The notes beneath the pieces are model-generated. The model had not been told where the DNA came from. It did not search any database and worked only from the letters and a program-made list of their open reading frames with translations. A stretch of 64,000 bases of DNA, the filler included, from Sphacelaria rigidula (taxonomy: Eukaryota): the NCBI GenBank assembly GCA_964200075.2. It is 7 parts of 7 records of this genome, joined end to end, with 100 filler letters (N's around TTAATTAATTAA, not from the genome) between each part and the next. Parts side by side here need not be neighbours in the genome. Positions count along the whole stretch, not along the records: positions 9,166 to 18,230 come from CAXNAA020009390.1; positions 18,331 to 27,395 come from CAXNAA020009391.1; 5 more parts are not named here. The stretch is one strand, 5' to 3'. A program made the translations under genes and the position numbers. Below, in pieces: positions 13,978 through 26,940 of the stretch. Positions within the stretch are counted from its first letter, which is position 1. Each line of letters starts with the position of its first letter.

Positions 13978-15135
13978 ATGGATCAGACGCTGATTATTTG
14001 ATGCCGCCGTCTTTGATCACTAGCACTTGTAGCTACATCTGACATCCGCTGTATCCTTTGCCTACTACTGCTGTCTGTGCTGGACAGGACGGTAACAAAG
14101 GGACGTTAGTTTGTAGCTTTGCTTCCTGCACTATGCGAGTGCAGTTCCTTCCTCCATTTTCTCCTCATAAACGAAGGAAGGAATTTATTATCACTCTACC
14201 CCTAGAACGTGCCCCTGCTTTCTTGCCAGGTCATGTATACGGCTGCGCCGTCGCGGCGTGCTGCGGCTGTTTCTGGTTTAGTTTGCAGGATCCAGAATCT
14301 TGATCGTCATAAACAACTCATGTATTGCGGACGTGATTGGATCATGACCTCAGGAGTAGTAGAGAAAAAGCATCCGCCACTGCTGTTCAGGGTTGGCACC
14401 TTCGGCGGTGGTTGCTCACCTGCGTTACGTAAGGTGAGACAGAAGAAACGTTACTTTGTTGATGCTCCAGATGATTTGATCTGCTGGACTCAATATGTAC
14501 AGCAGAAGCGTCTTCTCCAAGACCTATGCTGTTGTACTTATTGATGATACAAATATTCAAATCAAGCCGACTGGACCAATGTGTATCATTTCATCATGCG
14601 AAATCGCGCCCCGTTCGCGCCTGGTGTACATGATAGCACCTGCTGTAGCAGCACCTTTGCGTTATTTACTGCAATCCATGTACTGCGGTTGCTGGTACTC
14701 AAGTGGATGCATTAAAAAAATCAGCAATCGAAATGGTTGGCGGTTGGTTTGTGTCTTCACCCAGCGTCCACCTTTTGCTACTTACTCCCTGCGCAGATCT
14801 CTCGCCACAGGAGGCCTTCCTAGCTAGCTCCTCGAATCCACCCCAGCAGCAACCCACGGTCGTTTCGTGCCGCACCCTCACTGCTAGCACACACACACGC
14901 CTTCCTCCTCGTCTTCTATTGTCATCTTACTGTCCGGAATAGCGGGGGGGAAACTCCACCTCCTCCTGTACTGCACCCCTGCATCATAACAAGGGATCGA
15001 GCGTTTCCCGGCCGTTTTGTTCATTGCGACAGTCCACGACGACGCACAACAACAGCAATAAGAACGGCAGTCGCAGTGATCCAAAATCGTCACAAGGTAC
15101 CCTAGTGCGCGCAACGGTGGTGTAGGCAGACGGCC

Positions 15136-16037
15136 ATGAAGAAGGACGCGAAAAACGTTACCCCGTTCCAAAGAAGAGTTTACGACACTATCAGGTGCGC
15201 TGTGTGTGTTTGGCGGAATGATGGCAAGGTGACCTTGGGTCCTTACATCCAGCATTTGAGGGTACAGTAGTACATGTTCGCATGATTCGATGCACGTGCG
15301 CGCCATCACAACCCCCGTATACTTTTACTATCTTAGAATACGGTGTACGTGACCCCCCCGGCGATACTGCACTGTGGGTAGCCACCACCCTCATGCCTGA
15401 GTTGTGTAGTGAGCAGCCTGTCACGCATCGCAACAAGGAACAACCTTGCGCTCAATCGATTCATCTCAACCATGAGAGTGGAAAATTGAAGTCTAAAATA
15501 CAGAGCGTGCAGCGATTGGCCCGCTCGCCACCCTGAACTGCAAACGGCAAACTAAGCGTTTTAGCCTTCGGCTTTTGCCACAAGAGAGGGCAGCAGAGTG
15601 TGCAGGCATTTTCTTATTTCAACTCAGGCCGTGTCTTCTCAAATTGTTTCCATGTCGAAAACGTGCGGTCGGATCGAATTCGCTCGTTTCTGATTCGTCC
15701 ACGCCATCTATTTTCTCGCATGGTTGAGAACATGAATACCGTGGACGTATCAGGTACGAGCAAATTCGATTCCACCGTACGTTCCCGAGTTGACAACAAC
15801 TTGATAAGACACGGCCTCACTATCTCGTGGAAAAGCTAATAGAAAGCCAGCTCGCTGTCCCTGGCCTAAATGTTCCGCTACCCAACGTCTTGTACGGACC
15901 GTTTTTTTTCTCAAATCCGCCTTCTCGCTTATTTTCATTTTCTACGCAGTCTTATCCCGGCCGGGCGCGTGTCCACATATGGGGGAGTGGCCGATGCTCT
16001 GGACTCATGTGCCAGGGCAGTTGGGGGAGCTCTCAGG
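15136..16037 (+). CDS. O6-alkylguanine-DNA alkyltransferase (MGMT/Ogt) or alkyltransferase-like protein, 5' exons only
   Basis: Exons 15136-15194 and 15950-16037 give MKKDAKNVTPFQRRVYDTISLIPAGRVSTYGGVADALDSCARAVGGALR, containing the family TxFQ..V, IPxG.VSTYG and HTH RAVG motifs. The active-site exon was not found on this contig. Confidence 0.85.
15627..15816 (+). mobile_element. Tourist/PIF-Harbinger-like MITE, 190 bp, in the alkyltransferase intron
   Basis: TIR GGCCGTGTCTTCTCAAATTGTT / AACAACTTGATAAGACACGGCC; 3-bp TSD TCA. Confidence 0.85.
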
Positions 16038-16845
16038 GTAAGTTCAGTCCCAATATATCTTCGATTTTTTCGTTTCTTTCCGTCAAGGACATCTCAAACG
16101 CCGTTAAATTATCGGGGGAGCATGATCATGCAGTAGTGCGTTTCGTATTCGTCTGCGCTCATTTTATTTTTCCTCTTCCTTATTTTTTGGGGGCAAAGGA
16201 ATGTTGAAGGCTGTTGAAATTATAGTTTTTTCTTCGTGCTGTCGTCGTGTACCGTAGGATACAGGAACCGGTATCTTTTGTGATTAACAGGTACATTCTC
16301 AACAGCCCTCCCCGCCCCCCTAGTCCGTCGAAAACTCGGCGTGCTCCGTCCCGGCTTTGTAGGGGCCGACCCCCTATGGGGTCGGCGTAGGTTGGCGATG
16401 ACGCTGTAAAACACGCAACACACTGCGTGAGCTAGGCAACCAAGAGTCTTCCACGGTCACACGCTTCTTCGTGTATGACTCCTGTAGATATATGTCAAGA
16501 CTATTGTGGGCGCTTTTGTCTCGACCGAGAGGACGGACATCGCGGACACGTCGTCCTTTTTCTCCTTTTTGTTTTTGTTTTTCACATCATAGTGACCATT
16601 CCGCCCCGGTGGTCTAATGGTCCGACTGTCATCGTCAGGGTGAAGAGATACTCGAATGATCGTGTTGATTAGATTACCTTGCAGCAGCAATAGCCCCGTG
16701 CTGCAGATTACGGCCCTCTTGCAGTAAGTGAGAAGAAGATGGAGATGCGTTGAAAGTTTTTTTTTGCTATCCAGACGTGGGACATTGGGTGACGAGAGGT
16801 GAGGGAGACGAGGGAGAGAGTAGGGCGCAAAGCACTACTGTACCC

Positions 16846-18110
16846 TGTCACGACTGCCTACGATCCAAGATCTACTGTCTGCGAAAGATCCGCAACAGAT
16901 CCGCACACAGTTATCAAAATATAGGGACATTGGACGATTTTCCTTTGTTCAATCACAAGGAGCGTTCTCAGTAACTTCGCTAGAATAATCGAATACCCCG
17001 CAATTTCCCCGCTCATGCTTCTGGCTTCTGTTCGTAGATCAACTATACAGAACACCCTCCCTAGTTTCATCGACTAACAAGCCTAACCATGGCCTTATTG
17101 CTATCGAATTGGCTACATGAGATCGAGCTACCTGCTACCATCGCCCATGTCAAATGATAGGGTCCACCACAACAAAAGAAAAAAAAACAGTGAATTTTAC
17201 ATCCTGCCCAAGAGAAAACCACGGTGCTTCTCAAAAATCTCTCCACCAGTGGCTTTGGTCAGAATATCCGCATGCTGTTCTTCTGATTCAAGATATTTGA
17301 CAGAAATGTTACCACTAGCAGCCAGCTCCCTGAAAAAATGGTACCGTACATCAATGTGTTTGCTATTGGACGAGCTCAAGGGGTGTTCAGCTAAGTCTAT
17401 CACCTCCTTGTTGTCCTCAAAACGCCAATGATCTTCGACCCCAAACTACGCATTGGAAACTTCAGACTTCCCCTCACATACAGGGCCTCCTTAACACCGT
17501 CTGCCATTGCTACATATTCTGCCTCACTGGCAGATAGGGTGGCGCACTTCTTTGTCCTAGAGAACCAAGACGCTAGCGTACCTCCGCAGCGAATTGCTAC
17601 GCCAGAAACGGAACGTCGGTCCTGCGCCTTATGGGCGTAGCGTCGACGTACGTATCCAAATCAAACTCCAACTGGATACATCTCAAGTCGCTACTCTTCT
17701 TGAAAAGTAAATCTAAGTCCGACGTAGTATTCGAATACTCGAGTATCTTCTTTGCCACCTTGTCATGAGTCAGCTTGGGTTCATGAGAGAATCGAGCGAT
17801 TACCCGAACTGCATTCGCGATATCGAACCCCGTCTGGTTCTCTATCCACATGAAGTTCCCCACGATATCACGGGAAGGCTCATCCACCATGGTCTCCACC
17901 TCGCTTGCATGTCTGAGGTCGAAGGAAGGGGTAGCGGGAATGGTGCTAGTCTTCGAGATGTCAAAACGATATAGCACACTTCTAGTGAATCGGGCTTGTG
18001 ACATTTACGAAGTACCTTTCCCCCGGTTTCTTTCGTACTCACTCCACTTGTACCACTCCACCTCCCCGAGATGTTTAGTGAGAAATTTCTGATTGAGTGC
18101 ACCGACTATG
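16846..18110 (-). mobile_element. Degenerate Ty1/Copia remnant: RT end, RNase H, PPT and 3' LTR
   Basis: SQARF..DIANAVRVIARF (RT C-terminus); SSSNSKHIDVRYHFFRE..QHADILTK (Copia RNase H); PPT AGGGAGGG followed by a TG..CA LTR at about 17054-16846. Confidence 0.85.
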
Positions 18111-18230
18111 ACACTTTCTATGATGCCTCCCCCCCCCCCCCCAAAGTCCCTGGTTTGGTTTGGGGAGGCGAAATCTTCACGTAGATCAAAATGGAAAAAG
18201 CCAAAAACAACGAACAGCTGGGAATTCCCA

Positions 18231-18330
18231 NNNNNNNNNNNNNNNNNNNNNNNNNNNNNNNNNNNNNNNNNNNNTTAATTAATTAANNNNNNNNNNNNNN
18301 NNNNNNNNNNNNNNNNNNNNNNNNNNNNNN
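18231..18330. other. Artificial contig spacer
   Basis: N44-TTAATTAATTAA-N44. Confidence 0.98.
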
Positions 18331-19817
18331 CATTCATCACGAGTCAACTTAGTATACTAAAACCAAGTAATTTCCTGACGAATCATTATTTGTCCTAACC
18401 GTGATTTATTGATTGAATGATTGTCGTACTTTAACTGACCCCCCAGGGGTCCAGCCGAGGTCTCATGATGGGCGTACCCTAAGAGTGGCCTCCAAAGCAT
18501 AAATGAGCGGTAGGATATCAGATTTGTGGCCAAAGACGCGTTGTTGCTGGATATAACTTGAGTGGTGGATGATTGTCGCACATTTACTTGTCGTCCCCTT
18601 CCTGTCACACTTTCAGCCCTTCCCCTTTCTCGGGACGAATCGACGAACCCGTGGTATCATGGAATCAACCCTTCTCTCTTCCGGTACATCCCCCCTACAT
18701 TTTTTGGTATCGCATATCGGTTAAGCACTCCCGGACCGCATCAACTCTCAGCAAATACACTCTTCGCTACTCAGGCCGCTTTTCATGGCCCAAATAAAGG
18801 CATCTCTCTCCACGACATTTTTCGCGCCAGGAATGGGCCAGAGGAATTCTACCAGCTGGGAATGATTTCGTCTACTTTTTGAGAGGATTCCGGCATACTT
18901 TCGCGCCTTCTGGTGCACAGAGTTTGAAGTTGGGCTGTGTTGGCGACTTTCCGCGCTTGTCGCCAAAAAATACCATCTGCGCGGGAACGGACCGAAATAT
19001 CAAAAGTTTTGCGGAACTTTGACCGTTTTCCGAGAAATTGCGAGTCTGGTCAAGAACAATACTGCGTCCACCGCAAAACGCAGAGATGGTCTGGAACCAT
19101 CCCCAAAAGATTATATCAAGTCATTCCAAGGTGTCAAAATCCGCCTCGCCCTCTTGGGCGTGAAGGGCGAAACGACGAAGAAGGACCAAAACGGTAGGTT
19201 TTGTGGAAATACTTATTTTTCGAGCCGTAAGAAGAGCCGACCCCTAGGTCCTCGCGTTTTTCAAGGATGGGAAACGAATATTTTTCACGCAAAATATTCG
19301 CGTCTGCTGAGATTCGAGCCCTCAATCTTTCACCCGAACATCTTTTTTTCCACGAGCTGGACCATCGGGGCGCGGTGGCTGAAACTAATCCGCCGTGAAT
19401 CTAGCCGTGGTTATTACCCACGAGATGAACGTGCCCGAGGCAACTGAACATGAACACCCTGAAGAAACTCGAGACCGATGGAAATATGAAAAAGAGGGAG
19501 GACCGTACACGATGGACTGGAAAAAATAAGAAGCGATGGTGAAAGAAAAAGTAGTGGATTGTTTTTCTCATCTAGGATTCCAATTTCCCGGTTATCGGAA
19601 TCCAGATTTGTATGGAGTGTAGTAGTTATCAATAGCTACCAGTAGGTGAAGGAATGCAACCGCATTTCGAAGAATTGTTGTGGATACGAATACTTCAATT
19701 TCCCGGGCTATTCTCCTTAGTGAAAAGCTCCATCCTCGTTTTCGAAAAACGGCTGTTTCCATTAGACCTGCAAGTCTTGCCCGTGAACTAGTTTGGACGA
19801 TCGGGTCATAGTCTCAC

Positions 19818-22800
19818 CTTACGAACGTCTTCAGGTGTAAGGACGTCCCAGACGCCATCAGACGCTATAATCAACATCAAATCTGTAGATGCATTGAGAT
19901 CCACTTCAGTAATCTCTGGTTCGTGAGTCACGCCCAGGCTATGGGCCATCTGTTTCCAATTTACGAGAGTTTTTCGGGGCAAGTTAACGAGCATGTAGAA
20001 AATTACGCACTGAAAAATAAGTTTGATTCGAAATTCGCTTATTTTCACTGATAATGGTGTGACGAAGCACAGACCAAGTTCCAAACTAAGGCCTTGTACG
20101 GATACTAGAGAGGAGAAACTCTAGTACTACTGCATTGAAACTCATATAGGTTAGGAGAAAACAAAACGTATCAACCAACCCGATGGCCCTTATCCCATTT
20201 GGAACCAGGAGCGATGCTACGGTAGGGGTGCACAAATATTTTCTGAGGTTAGAATTGTTGGGAGCCCTTGATCTCATGCAAAACACGACTTATGAAAATA
20301 TGTAAAAGTATGCCAGGATTACTACTCCGATGTGCTGGGGATATTCCGAATGAATTTGTAAACGGGGATGCCCTGACCCATATTATTGTGCATCTAGAAG
20401 TGTTAGAAGCCCCTGAACTAGACAATATTTCGCGAAAAAAGTGTACCCCTACCGTAGCATTGCTCCCAGAAATTGTTGAGAAAATGAAACCTGTTCGACG
20501 TTAGGTCATAAATGTGACATGGTCAACGTTGCCAAAAAGATCACATGATCAAAGTAAAATACATACTGAAGTATCGTGTATCCACAGGAGTTAAAGAACG
20601 CCCACCTGAATATGATTCAGAAAACGCAGCGGAGAAAATACAACGGATCGATTCATAGCCGCAACCCACAAAAGGCGCACAGATGCAGCAGACCGAGATT
20701 TTCCCGCGGCAACGAGTTGAATGGAACCGCAGAGCCATTTGTTCAAGATACCTTGTCGCCGATGGATCTGCTCATGGCCAGTCCAGGGCCATTGCCGTCT
20801 GCCCTCCACACCCTCGGAACTTCCGCGTCAAAATCTCGTACTATTCCCTCATTTTGCCATGCACTCGCTTGCCCGCACCTCAGTCCAGGAGACCCAGCCT
20901 GAACACCTCTTTTCGTACCACCGCCACCGACTGCGCTCCTGAGGGGTAGAGGAAACACTACGCCACCTGCCGCTCGAATTCTGTCGAGCTCGTCTTTTCT
21001 CTCCGGTTTGTGATCCCTCGAGAGTCGCTCCGCGACCAGCCGTCCGGTCTTTGAACCACTCATCTCGCTCCCCATATCTAGGCCACCGCTTCCGAACCGC
21101 CTTCTTACCACCCCAAGACCAACATCGCTACTTGGCACGGTTCGCTGGGCAAGGTCTTCCCCGGGTAAAGGTTGGCGTGATATCCGCAGACACCCGGAGT
21201 CACCGACGTTGGCAATGGTCAGGCGGGTGCCAGTCAGAAGCGCCGCGCAGAGAGTCGTGCCGCTGCGCGAATAGACGTCTCCGTTGCTGCCGCTCGTGGC
21301 GAGATCGTTCTGCAGCTTTTGACAAGCACGCCTGTATGAACCGAGGTTTGCTGGGTGTGAGATGAAGCAAATGCATCGGGGGTGGGGATGATTGTGTGAC
21401 ATGCAGTGATCCAAAGAATTTAAGAATATAGCACAGTGAATACTTGTGCGTGCGTTGGAACCCGAGGCGCCTGGCCTTCGCCATGTGGAAGCTCTGTCAT
21501 TTTTGTGTAACATCTGCGCCTATTTCGGGATTCTCCACGACGTCAGATTTGGCACCTGAAATCTCACCGGAACGCTCCTGTAGTGTCCTCGGAGTAGAAT
21601 GCAGGGAGGAGATACTTTGGGAGGCGTTCCGCGCACTCCCTGGCCGCTTGCCGTCCATTTTCTCCATGCCCTTCAAAATGTAAATATTGTTAGCGAAATA
21701 TAGCGAGTTGTACTCGTACACGTTAAAAAATATATTACGCGACAACCAAAAGTTTCCGTAGCATAAGTGATTATTGCATGGACCAGGCGAAGTGGACAGA
21801 GTGCAAAAAGTGGCAGGTATGTGGAATACAACATGCAAACTCAGAGTACAGGATTTGTTGTTGAGACGGATGATACGGCAGCATTCGCTCTCGATATAAA
21901 CTCAGGTATGACACTGCTCGCACTCGAAAAGGCGCAACTATGCCGTTTATAATGGCAATCAAGCCTTACCATCCAACACAGCAAATAGCGCTTGGTTCTC
22001 CCGTCGATCGAAAGGCGCCATAGCTAAGCAAGCGTCCTGGCACCTCCATGCAGGTTCTTGGGCCTTAAATATTCGAGCATAGTTGGGGCGGCTTGATTAT
22101 GCGCATTTTTACCGCGATCTATATGAATTTGGCCACTTGCATCATCAGAAAAACTCGGTGCCAAGCAGTATGACCCGTGGCTTTGCAACCCCTGGTCGCT
22201 GGACGATGCTCGCTTGAATGTCGCTCCTTTGATCTGGAACGGTGTCCTCGCGAGTCCAGTAAAAAAGAGACATCGCCCTAGGTAAATACTCTGTGGAACA
22301 GCCTGAAGCCACTTCCTGCCCGCAGTTTTGTATTGGTCCGCACGAAAACTGAAAAAAAGAAATCACACCTTCACCCCGGGGATGGAGTAAATGCCCACTC
22401 GTCTCCTCTTGGCTGAAGATACCCACTTTCCCTCCAATTTGACGTCGATGTTGACGTTCGAGCCAACGTGTGACCTGCGCCAACTCATGGAGACAGCGGT
22501 ACTCCCGGAATTCGCCTCACTCTCGGTTTCGACATCTGCACCACTATTGTTGTTGCTTAAATTTCGCCCTTTCCATGATGTTGGTGGACAAGGTAACTGA
22601 CTCGCCCGCCACGATGTGTCAATGTAGAAATAGCTCTTCCTTTTGAGGAGTTCATTTACACTCCTCAGCTGCCCCGCGACTGAAGAGTGAAGATCAGACG
22701 CCCTGGCCGCTAGGTCGTCTTTCTCTTCGTTGTGCTCCACTCCTGGCATGTCTTCCCATTCGCCATCGTCGTCTAGCGAGGACGATCTTCTGTTCTTCAA

Positions 22801-23668
22801 CTTCGCTACAAATGACACTCGGCGACCCGGTTGACGCCACTCGTTGAGCCTATTCTGTCTACTTGTGCAATCAGCCTCTTTGAGTTTGAGCTGAGCGAGC
22901 GCCTGCTCCTCTTGACGCATGCTCAATTCTACCGCCTCGCGAGCCTCTTTCGTCTCCTTGGCCCATCTCGACACAGCGTTGGTATCGACAAGTGATCGGT
23001 TCAAGAGCTTCTGCCGATTAATAAATGCTTGTGGACTAGATCGTCGTAACTCCCCCTTTTCTCGTACCTCTTGAGGTCGATGTCGTCTGCCCGTACAAGT
23101 AGGGGAAATGGAGGGAGATTGCGCTCGTATGAACGATGCTGGCGGCGGCGAGGCGCCGTCTTCTGCTAGTCTTGGGCTGCTCCGTCGAATGGAATTGTCC
23201 GTAGGAGAACTTTTCTTATCGCTCACGAGCTTGTGCAACCACCCAGGACGTCGTCGTTGATTGGCTGCTGTGCTCCCCATCGTTGTTGATTCGGTGCTCA
23301 AAAGTCCGCCGTGTACTCTACTCCTACAAGGGCTGTTTTTGTTCTGGGTCGTTGTGGGCAATGTAGCATCACAAAATGGGCTTCCTGGGTGATTACACGT
23401 ACCGTCGTCAGAGAAGGCGTACTGCAGCGCCTTCTTAGCGTTTCGGACTATAGGGCTATACCGATTATCGTCGTTTGCGTCGTTCGATTTCGACAAGTCC
23501 ATGAGTGCCAGATCAAGCGCATCAGGGCTCAGTGCCAGCGACGGCACACAGTCCTGCCCGCTGCAGATCCGGTCACCAACATCGTCGTCATCCTCGTCGC
23601 CGTCGTCATCATCGTTGTCATCCCCATCCTCCTCTAGGCCCAGATCAAAAACACCTTCGTCGAGGTAC
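19818..23668 (-). CDS. PP2C/PPM protein phosphatase with a long low-complexity N-terminal extension; 3' exon(s) not found, 5' exon uncertain
   Basis: Exons ~23668-22369, 22063-21970, 21670-21568, 21331-20752 and 19949-19818 join in frame: RCQD, ALFAVLDGHG, SGTT, IANVGDS, LSRDHKP..ELDRI, PRVW..PGLAMSRSIGD, GVTHEPE, LIIASDGVWDVL. A possible first exon lies near 25577-25488. Confidence 0.88.
20209..20465. mobile_element. MITE with GAG..CTC termini and 4-bp TSD (Sola2-like)
   Basis: TIR GAGCGATGCTACGGTAGGG / CCCTACCGTAGCATTGCTC; TSD CCAG; homologous to 38752-39010. Confidence 0.8.
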
Positions 23669-25242
23669 CCTACACATGGAAACGACAGATCTATGGGAGC
23701 ATGCAGCTGTGAAGAGTCTGCAGTCTGGGTCACGATGGCCCGCTGTCGCCTTTTTGTTTTCATGTGTATAAGAATGCTTCCTCGAGAATGGTCTAATCGC
23801 TCGGTTTGATTGACGTTGCAAGGTGGTTGCCGTGTTACATACCGCAGGCTCGCCCGATTCCGTTCGTTGACCTGATCACTGCGTGGCCCGGTTCTATTCG
23901 GTGGACCTGGCCTGAGCAAGCCGGGTGTAGTCGTGGTACAAGGTACGCGAAGTGTGAGATGTACAGCGGTGGTTCACCTCACAAAATTTCCATGGATTCC
24001 GCACATAATGCGATACATCGTAGATCAACCGAGCATGTTCAAACAAAGCGACCGGAGATACATGCACAAACACGTGCACAACGCAAGACATGAATATGGA
24101 GGATTTCAGCGGTTACACCTGGGTTTCATACAAAAGATCTCAGCGGATATACTTTCTATTTTTCGGCCATTATCCAAACATGGATAAATAAGGAGGGATG
24201 GACAGTGAAACATGAATTTTGGTGGTTTCAACATGCTGATCTCTCCATTTTTATCGGGTCACCAGAATCAATTCCAAAATAAATACAGGTCACGGTACTA
24301 GCAGCCACGGTGTATTTTTGTGCATTTCCTCTTGAAAACCTAGGTTTTCATAAAAAGATAATGGCATATAATGGTTTGGGCTTGGGAGTCGAACCTGCAT
24401 ACTTGCCCCCGTTTCATACGAAAAACAGAGCTAAAAGCATCCTCACTGTTCAGCTAGTACAGCCTGAAATAATGGGTGCAGTGTGTCTCATAAGTCGGCG
24501 TTTGAAAGCATTGCCAACTGCTATCGGACCAGTCTGATGGCGTTGCAAGAGAGTGCTACTCTCGTACCGCATCGCTTCCAATGTCACCGAAGTGACGTCC
24601 GTGCTTCTTATATATTTGTCATCAGCGGTCAATTGCAAAAGGCTCGGCGGGTGTATCGGAATACAGTATGTCTCGCGCCGCAGTGTCTATTGACAAAGGG
24701 AAGGAATACACTGGATCTTTTGACAGGAATCATAAACTGTCCGTTGTTAGATGTTCGACGGCGTTCTGTTCATGATGCCATTACTTGAACGATATGCCAG
24801 AAATTGAGCGATCGTCTCAGAAATGCCGTGACTCGCCGTGACCACAAGGACGGCGAGCTTACTCTAAACAGCACGTCGAACCTGCAAGAAGGTTCAGCCT
24901 AGCACACAGTTTGGATTCGCCCAAATTCGCCAGCAAGCAACACCATGATGTCTCATTTGCCCTGTGTTTATTTGTTTCCTTATAAATTTACTGCGCATGT
25001 AGACCGTATCTTTCATGTCCCAACATCATCATCGCAACTCTCACACACACATTGTAGTGTGTATGTTCTGAGCATACTCTGTGAGACAAATAAGAAAGCA
25101 TCCTGCTCTGTAATCTATGACGCAAGCCGCTGTGTGGCCAAGTGTAGACTACAGACATGACCCGTCCTATCTATGCAAGCGGACAAAACGTAGCCTCAGA
25201 TAAACCCGAGTCACGATCAGCAAATATCTCATCACACGTTAA

Positions 25243-25339
25243 CCCTTAGACCGCGAGGTTAGTCTTCTGTTGAATCGGTATCAATTTCAAGGGGGAAAAG
25301 TATGCATGATCCAGAAAGACTAATCTCGCGGTCTAAGGG
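25243..25339. mobile_element. piggyBac-like MITE, 97 bp
   Basis: TTAA on both sides; TIR CCCTTAGACCGCGAG / CTCGCGGTCTAAGGG. Confidence 0.9.
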
Positions 25340-25948
25340 TTAAGGTTATGGGCACAACTTTTGGCCCACGCGAAGATTTTTACTGTTGTAAGTTCTGTTA
25401 TTGTATGTAGGGACAGTTGAACGGCGTTTTACGGCGTTGTTTTCAACCTGTTTTCAACCGCGCTGGGGTGCTTGTGGGCCTGGATACCAGAATGGAAAAT
25501 GACTTTCGAGATTGTACGATAGGTGCATTGCTGCTCGAATACTGAAAAAGGTCCAAGCTCAGAGTATCCATCGCCATTTTCTGTGTCGTCGCCGGTAGAA
25601 ATCTGACCAAAGCATTGAAGGATATATTAGGCAAGTTTGCTTAATTCCTAAGCTAAAATTCCCGGGATTGCATACTCCACTGGGTTCGCTGAGTCCACCG
25701 TGTCCTTTCCTTGAGTGGTGGTAAAAAACGTGATGCTAAAATCTGCGGAAACAACAGGAGGTGTCCTAGAAATTACCGTACTGTTTGTAAACGTCCTCCA
25801 ACATTGTTTCCACACCACAATACAGCACCGTAGGGCACTACGTCGTTCACGTGTCGCGCCGTTCGCTGATGGTGAGCCAAAACTAGTGTTGACGCGCCTG
25901 CGTAGTGTTAGAGCCGACCTGGTCTGCTTGGACACGAAGCCGTAGGGC

Positions 25949-26236
25949 ATGGCGTCGTTACTATTGCGCACAAGCCGTCCGCGGCCTGCGGCTTCCCTTG
26001 GAGCTGCTGCTCGGCGTACACACACCACGGCCAGTGCTGCCAGTATCCAGCGCAGTTTTGCTAGAGGTATGAGCAGCAGTAGCCTCAAAGCCAACTCTCG
26101 AGAGCCTGAGTCAGCACGACCCACCGAGAAGGAGCTGTGCAGGATTCGAAATATCGGGATCATAGCGCATATCGATGCTGGCAAGACGACCACGACGGAG
26201 CGTATTCTTTACCTCACTGGCCATATTAATCATCAG
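25949..26236 (+). CDS. Mitochondrial elongation factor G, EF-G2/RRF2-like; exon 1 only
   Basis: R/S/A-rich presequence, then [26 protein letters not shown] (G1 box), then donor [17 protein letters not shown] rather than AHIDSGKT favours EF-G2 over mitochondrial EF-G1. Confidence 0.88.
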
Positions 26237-26650
26237 GTGAGGCGGTCTTCCATGGTTGTTGTTCCTGAGGGGCAAAACGTGTCTGTCGCGTTCGCGCTCG
26301 TGTGAAACAGCCGGTGCACCTATGTAGCACGGATGCCATATATAGGTGGATCTCGACATACGACGACCAGCTGGTGACTGGCGACTTCGGTTCTTGTCCA
26401 CCCTGTACCTGCCGTCTGCGATGTCAGTACAATACAGACGGTACAGCAGACAGTACAAAATACAATAGTACAGTACCGTACGAGCAGTCAAATGCGGGAA
26501 GTTATTGCCGTAAAGCGGCGTAGACGTACATGAAGACATCAACCTGCTGGTGAGAAAAAATGCGGCCCGTTGGCGGTATCACAGCATCGTCATTCGATCC
26601 ACTTCTGTCTACCGTTTGCCTCCAGGTTTGCAGGTCAGTGTTCCGCCTTA

Positions 26651-26809
26651 GGCCGTGTCGTACCAAATTGTTTTTCTTGTACCTGATAAGTCCACGGCAT
26701 TCATGTTCTCAACCATCTGAGAAAATGACTAGCGTGGACGAATCAGAAACGAGCGAATTCCATTCGACCGCACGTTTTCGACACGAAAACAATTTGATAA
26801 GACACGGCC
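26651..26809 (-). mobile_element. Tourist/PIF-Harbinger-like MITE, internally deleted copy
   Basis: TIR GGCCGTGTC..GACACGGCC; TSD TTA; reverse-complement homology to 15627-15816. Confidence 0.85.
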
Positions 26810-26940
26810 TTAGTGCACGTTGATCACAACCCCTCCCAGAAGAAGATATGGGGGAGTCAGCAGACTCGATAAAGCACTGATCACGATCATATTGGATAAA
26901 AAATTGAACACGTTTACAGTATAGTCGAACCCTGCTTTAA

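Noticed and set aside
16830..16860. VPCH peptide downstream of the alkyltransferase exons, resembling the PCHR active site
   Set aside because: No in-phase acceptor or NP motif precedes it, R is absent, and the CH codons coincide with the Copia LTR end, so it is probably chance.
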